A DNA stretch of 27,100 nucleotides from a virus. Lineage: Duplodnaviria; Caudoviricetes. The stretch covers positions 1 to 27,100 of the IMG/VR virus record IMGVR_UViG_3300032365_000086, one strand, 5' to 3'. A program made the translations under genes and the position numbers. The notes under the pieces were generated by a model. It worked only from the letters and a program-made list of their open reading frames with translations, was not told the DNA's origin and did no database searches. Shown piece after piece: positions 24,032-27,100 of the stretch; position 1 is the stretch's first letter, and every line of letters begins with the position of its first letter.

Positions 24032-25879
24032 ATGCCCTACACTCAAACGCAAAGCGAAACTAGCCGTAGGCATGCTCTCCAATTCTTAGCCGTCTTAATC
24101 GCAGCCGTAGCCTACCAGCGAGCCTCCGGCGTGGTCCACGAGAAATCGTATGAGGACCTTCTCTACGCAATGATTCGTGGAGAAATCGTCATCCGCGGCG
24201 CTTCAGGAATCACGTTCGTTCAGGGACCCGCAAAGGGAGTGTGGAGTAGCGGCAGCAGCTGGACTGTTACTATGGTGTCCACGCCGACGAACGGGAACGC
24301 TATCGTTCTCTGCATTGGTATGGAAGCTAGTGGTCAGCTTATCAGCAGCGTTACGCAGACTGGGGTTACTTGGACTGGTTCAGGAACCGGGAAACAAGTC
24401 GGCAACCTCTATGGCGCCTCTCACGATAGCGAAATTTGGTTGGGGGTTGTGGGCTCAGGGGCCGGCAAAGTCATTACCATAACCGCAGCGGCTGGAACGG
24501 TCTATATGGCTGTCGCTGACGCGTGCGAGTATTCGGGCGTTGCGACCACAAGTTTCCTGGACAAGACCGCCGTCAATGGTGGCACCAGCGGAACTTCGAC
24601 GACGGGTACAACTGCGGCTACAACGCAGCCAAATGAGCTTCTGATAGGCAGCATATTCGCTTACTACGGTTCTGCTGCTGTCACTCAATCGGCTCCGACT
24701 AATTCGTTCACGTTGCGCGACGGAGTGAACCAGTCAAACGCGAACGGCGATTATTCTATGGGGTACTTGGAGCAAATAGTCTCCAGCACTGGGGCCTACA
24801 GCTCTGGGACAACCAACTCGTCGACCAGCGCACGTTGGTCCGCCTGCATTGCCACATTCGTATCCGCCGCTATCACCGTGAGTGCTTCAGACTCGGGTTT
24901 AGGCTTGGAAGCGCTAACGAGTTCGGTGACCTTCGGTGTTTCTGATTCAGGCAGCGGCGCAGACAACCCCCGTGAAGAAATGGATTACCTCGACAATGCG
25001 ATTGGCGGCGAAAACCCCATCATTCCCTGGCTGCAAATTTCCGACAGCGGCACGGGTAACGAAGCCGAGGCTTCCTCGGTGACATTCAGCGTTGGTGATG
25101 CTGGGTCCGGCCTTGACAGCCCAGCTGAATGGATGTACTACAACGACCAGAGCAACCGTATCCACGTCCCGGGTGCGCCTGTGAACGTTTATGATGCGGG
25201 TGCAGGTGCAGACGTTCTTAGCTTACAGATCCAAATCACCGACGTTGGCTCAGGCGCTGACGTTACAACGTTCACGTTCGATTTAGCGGATTCCGGTTTC
25301 GGTTCGGAGTATCCAACGCTCCAAGCAACCCTCGCACTGAATGATGCTGGGCTAGGGAGTGAGACGTCCGATCTTCAAGTGACCTTCTCCGTTGGTGATG
25401 CTGGTTCAGGTGACGACGAACCCGTCGAATGGATGTTCGCAAGTGACCAGAGCAACCGCATCCACATCCCTGGGTGGGTATTCTGGAGTGATTATGGCTC
25501 AGGTGCAGAACAAGTTCTCTTACAAGTCACATTCGAAGTTGACGACGTATGCAGTGGAAGCGAAATTCCAGGGACCACCATAAGCCTCTCAGACGTTGGC
25601 AGTGGGTCAGAATTATTCGCTTATTATTCGCTATTCTCTGTGAACGATGTTGGAAGCGGCCTTGAGGTCCCCACTTCTACCGCAACATTCGGCGTATCCG
25701 ATGTGGGTGTTGGCTTCGAGATTTTCGGTAAGCGGTTCACCATTGCCGATTCAATGCAAGGCGACGAGCGCTTCGCAATCCGCCTGTTGAAATCGGGCCG
25801 CTTGCAATACACGGTTAGGCTCACTGTAACTGAGACCGCGTTCGACCCCGCAGCTTACGATCCGTATTCATACGAGTAG
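24032..25879 (+). CDS. Tail fibre/adhesin with S/T/G-rich head domain and acidic repeat stalk
   Basis: ITFVQ-initiated beta domain followed by about 16 DxGxGx[ED] repeats. Confidence 0.75.
   Translation: MPYTQTQSETSRRHALQFLAVLIAAVAYQRASGVVHEKSYEDLLYAMIRGEIVIRGASGITFVQGPAKGVWSSGSSWTVTMVSTPTNGNAIVLCIGMEASGQLISSVTQTGVTWTGSGTGKQVGNLYGASHDSEIWLGVVGSGAGKVITITAAAGTVYMAVADACEYSGVATTSFLDKTAVNGGTSGTSTTGTTAATTQPNELLIGSIFAYYGSAAVTQSAPTNSFTLRDGVNQSNANGDYSMGYLEQIVSSTGAYSSGTTNSSTSARWSACIATFVSAAITVSASDSGLGLEALTSSVTFGVSDSGSGADNPREEMDYLDNAIGGENPIIPWLQISDSGTGNEAEASSVTFSVGDAGSGLDSPAEWMYYNDQSNRIHVPGAPVNVYDAGAGADVLSLQIQITDVGSGADVTTFTFDLADSGFGSEYPTLQATLALNDAGLGSETSDLQVTFSVGDAGSGDDEPVEWMFASDQSNRIHIPGWVFWSDYGSGAEQVLLQVTFEVDDVCSGSEIPGTTISLSDVGSGSELFAYYSLFSVNDVGSGLEVPTSTATFGVSDVGVGFEIFGKRFTIADSMQGDERFAIRLLKSGRLQYTVRLTVTETAFDPAAYDPYSYE
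24880..25770 (+). repeat. About 16 DxGxGx[ED] coding repeats including a ~95-bp block duplicated at 300-bp offset
   Basis: 25081-25174 vs 25381-25474 encode VGDAGSG..D.P.EWM...DQSNRIH[VI]PG twice. Confidence 0.8.
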
Positions 25880-25889
25880 GTGACCATGG

Positions 25890-26642
25890 ATGGTTTTATT
25901 CGGGTCCACAACGTTGCCCCATGTCCTGGAAGTGCAGCGTCAGCAGCCGCGCATCAAGCAGGAAGTCCCGCTGCCAGGCCGAAGCTTCGCCTATCGGAAG
26001 GACCGCGGCGGCCTCGGGGCGCAGTTCACTCTCAAAGGCGCAATTCGTCCCACGAGCCAGGCAACCAGGGACCTGATCGCAGGCCTAGCCGACGGGACCG
26101 CTAGGATCCTTGACTTGCAGGAGGCCACGTTGACGCTCCTGGAGAGCTGCTTCCGTTACCAGTCGGGGCCCTCCTGGACGGATTACACCGCAGAATCACA
26201 AAGCACGCTTGAGACGCCGTTCCCTCTCCTGGGCTCCACAACGGACTACGGGTACTTTGGCCACCGCGAGAAATTTAACACCCTCACCTTCGCGCTGGCA
26301 GTGTTAGGTACCTACGGGGCGTTCACCTGGGAGTACAGTCAGGGATTCGGCGCTTGGAGAACCCTCACCATCGCGGCCGATGGCACAAGTGGCTTACACC
26401 AGAATGGCGCCGTCACCTTCACGCCGCCCAGCGACTGGAAGCAGGACACGGTCAACTCGATTGCCAACAAGTTTTGGGTTCGTGTTCACCCGGCCAGCGT
26501 TACAACGCCGGCTACCATCTACAATATTCAACTGAACAACGTCTTCCAATGCATCATGGTGGATCCCAACTTCGACGAAACCGCCGACGACTACAACGAG
26601 ATCCCGTACACGCTCACCCTGTTACAACAAGAAAATCCATAG
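25890..26642 (+). CDS. Second Dit/gpU-like protein with inserted carbohydrate-binding-like domain
   Basis: Dit-like termini (PLPGR; ADDYNEIPYTLTLLQ) flank a DYGYFG...WEY..G..W...DGT...GAVTFTPPSDW...FWVR beta-sandwich-like insert. Confidence 0.65.
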   Translation: MVLFGSTTLPHVLEVQRQQPRIKQEVPLPGRSFAYRKDRGGLGAQFTLKGAIRPTSQATRDLIAGLADGTARILDLQEATLTLLESCFRYQSGPSWTDYTAESQSTLETPFPLLGSTTDYGYFGHREKFNTLTFALAVLGTYGAFTWEYSQGFGAWRTLTIAADGTSGLHQNGAVTFTPPSDWKQDTVNSIANKFWVRVHPASVTTPATIYNIQLNNVFQCIMVDPNFDETADDYNEIPYTLTLLQQENP

Positions 26643-26686
26643 AAGCCAGTGAGCACTAAGGCAAGCAGCAACAGGAGTTACAAGTA

Positions 26687-26881
26687 TTGAAGGTAAGGGT
26701 CTCCCGGGATGAGGTGTATCCCGTCTTTGTAGTCGCACTCAATCAGGAGAAATATGAGTTTGATGTCGAACTCACAGAAGAGGAGTCTAATTTTGTCCAG
26801 AAAGCGAAGCAGGATTTCGACAAAGCGCAGGACATCCTCGCGCAGGCCTATGAAAAGGCCCAGCAGGCGTTGAAACCATAG
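26687..26881 (+). CDS. Small viral hypothetical protein
   Basis: AGGAG upstream, DEVYPVF motif plus helix; abuts the next gene. Confidence 0.6.
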   Translation: MKVRVSRDEVYPVFVVALNQEKYEFDVELTEEESNFVQKAKQDFDKAQDILAQAYEKAQQALKP

Positions 26882-27100
26882 ATGGGCATCACACAGAAGC
26901 CTAGCGGCACGATCACCCGGGACGACTACAACAACCTCGTCACCTACCTCGGCGGCCCTTCAAGCAATAACTCTCTCTTCGACGATGACCTGCGCATGAA
27001 CACGGCTGCCAAAGGCCTGGTCGTTGTTACGCCTGATGGTGCGAAGAAGTTCCGGATTCGTGTAGATAACTCAGGGAACCTAGTCACTGGACAGGTCTAA
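26882..27100 (+). CDS. Small tail-fibre-associated protein
   Basis: KGLVVVTPDGAKKFRIRVDNSGNL resembles a widespread tail-fibre motif. Confidence 0.65.
   Translation: MGITQKPSGTITRDDYNNLVTYLGGPSSNNSLFDDDLRMNTAAKGLVVVTPDGAKKFRIRVDNSGNLVTGQV

Larger units (their letters stand above)
1..27100 (+). mobile_element. Head-tail morphogenesis module of a probably archaeal siphovirus-like virus/provirus; element ends not in window
   Basis: Co-linear terminase, portal, protease, capsid, neck, tail tube, chaperone, tape measure and tail-tip genes. No sheath, integrase or att site is visible. Confidence 0.95.

Noticed and set aside
25081-25474. Diversity-generating retroelement TR/VR pair
   Set aside because: Both copies are in frame in one ORF, the mismatches are not adenine-specific, and no reverse transcriptase is present.
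23154-25803. CCGCTT shared near both ends of the putative Dit insertion as a recombination core
   Set aside because: Only 6 bp, and a crossover there would be out of frame.
1-27100. CRISPR array, integrase/att sites, tail sheath, intein
   Set aside because: No regularly spaced repeats, recombinase motifs, sheath-sized gene or intein termini were seen.

Overview
A single, almost entirely + strand morphogenesis region of a tailed dsDNA virus or provirus (Caudoviricetes). It looks siphovirus-like: it has an HK97-type head, a tail tube, a frameshifting tail chaperone and an 800-aa tape measure protein, but no sheath gene. The host is very probably archaeal, based on two PEF-CTERM archaeosortase-type sorting signals, GGTGA-type ribosome-binding sites, many TTG starts and no recognisable peptidoglycan hydrolase; Bathyarchaeia is my inference only. 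Gene order: metallophosphoesterase, HTH protein, Dam-like methyltransferase, a cluster of membrane and Zn-finger genes, TerS candidate, TerL (interrupted by a frameshift and an in-frame TAA), GtrA-like protein, portal, protease-scaffold, decoration protein, major capsid, a PEF-CTERM moron, neck and tail-completion genes, tail tube, chaperone G/GT, tape measure, hub, two Dit-like paralogues and fibre proteins. Signals not shown by the ORF track: a Dit-like gene whose missing last strand appears in frame at the end of a fibre gene 2.65 kb downstream; a kissing-loop RNA before the head operon; a degenerate tRNA inside the portal ORF; a family of pyrimidine-loop hairpins after structural genes; a reciprocal Walker A/B swap in TerL; and several microproteins. 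All family calls come from motifs recognised by eye plus synteny. No database search or folding program was run.
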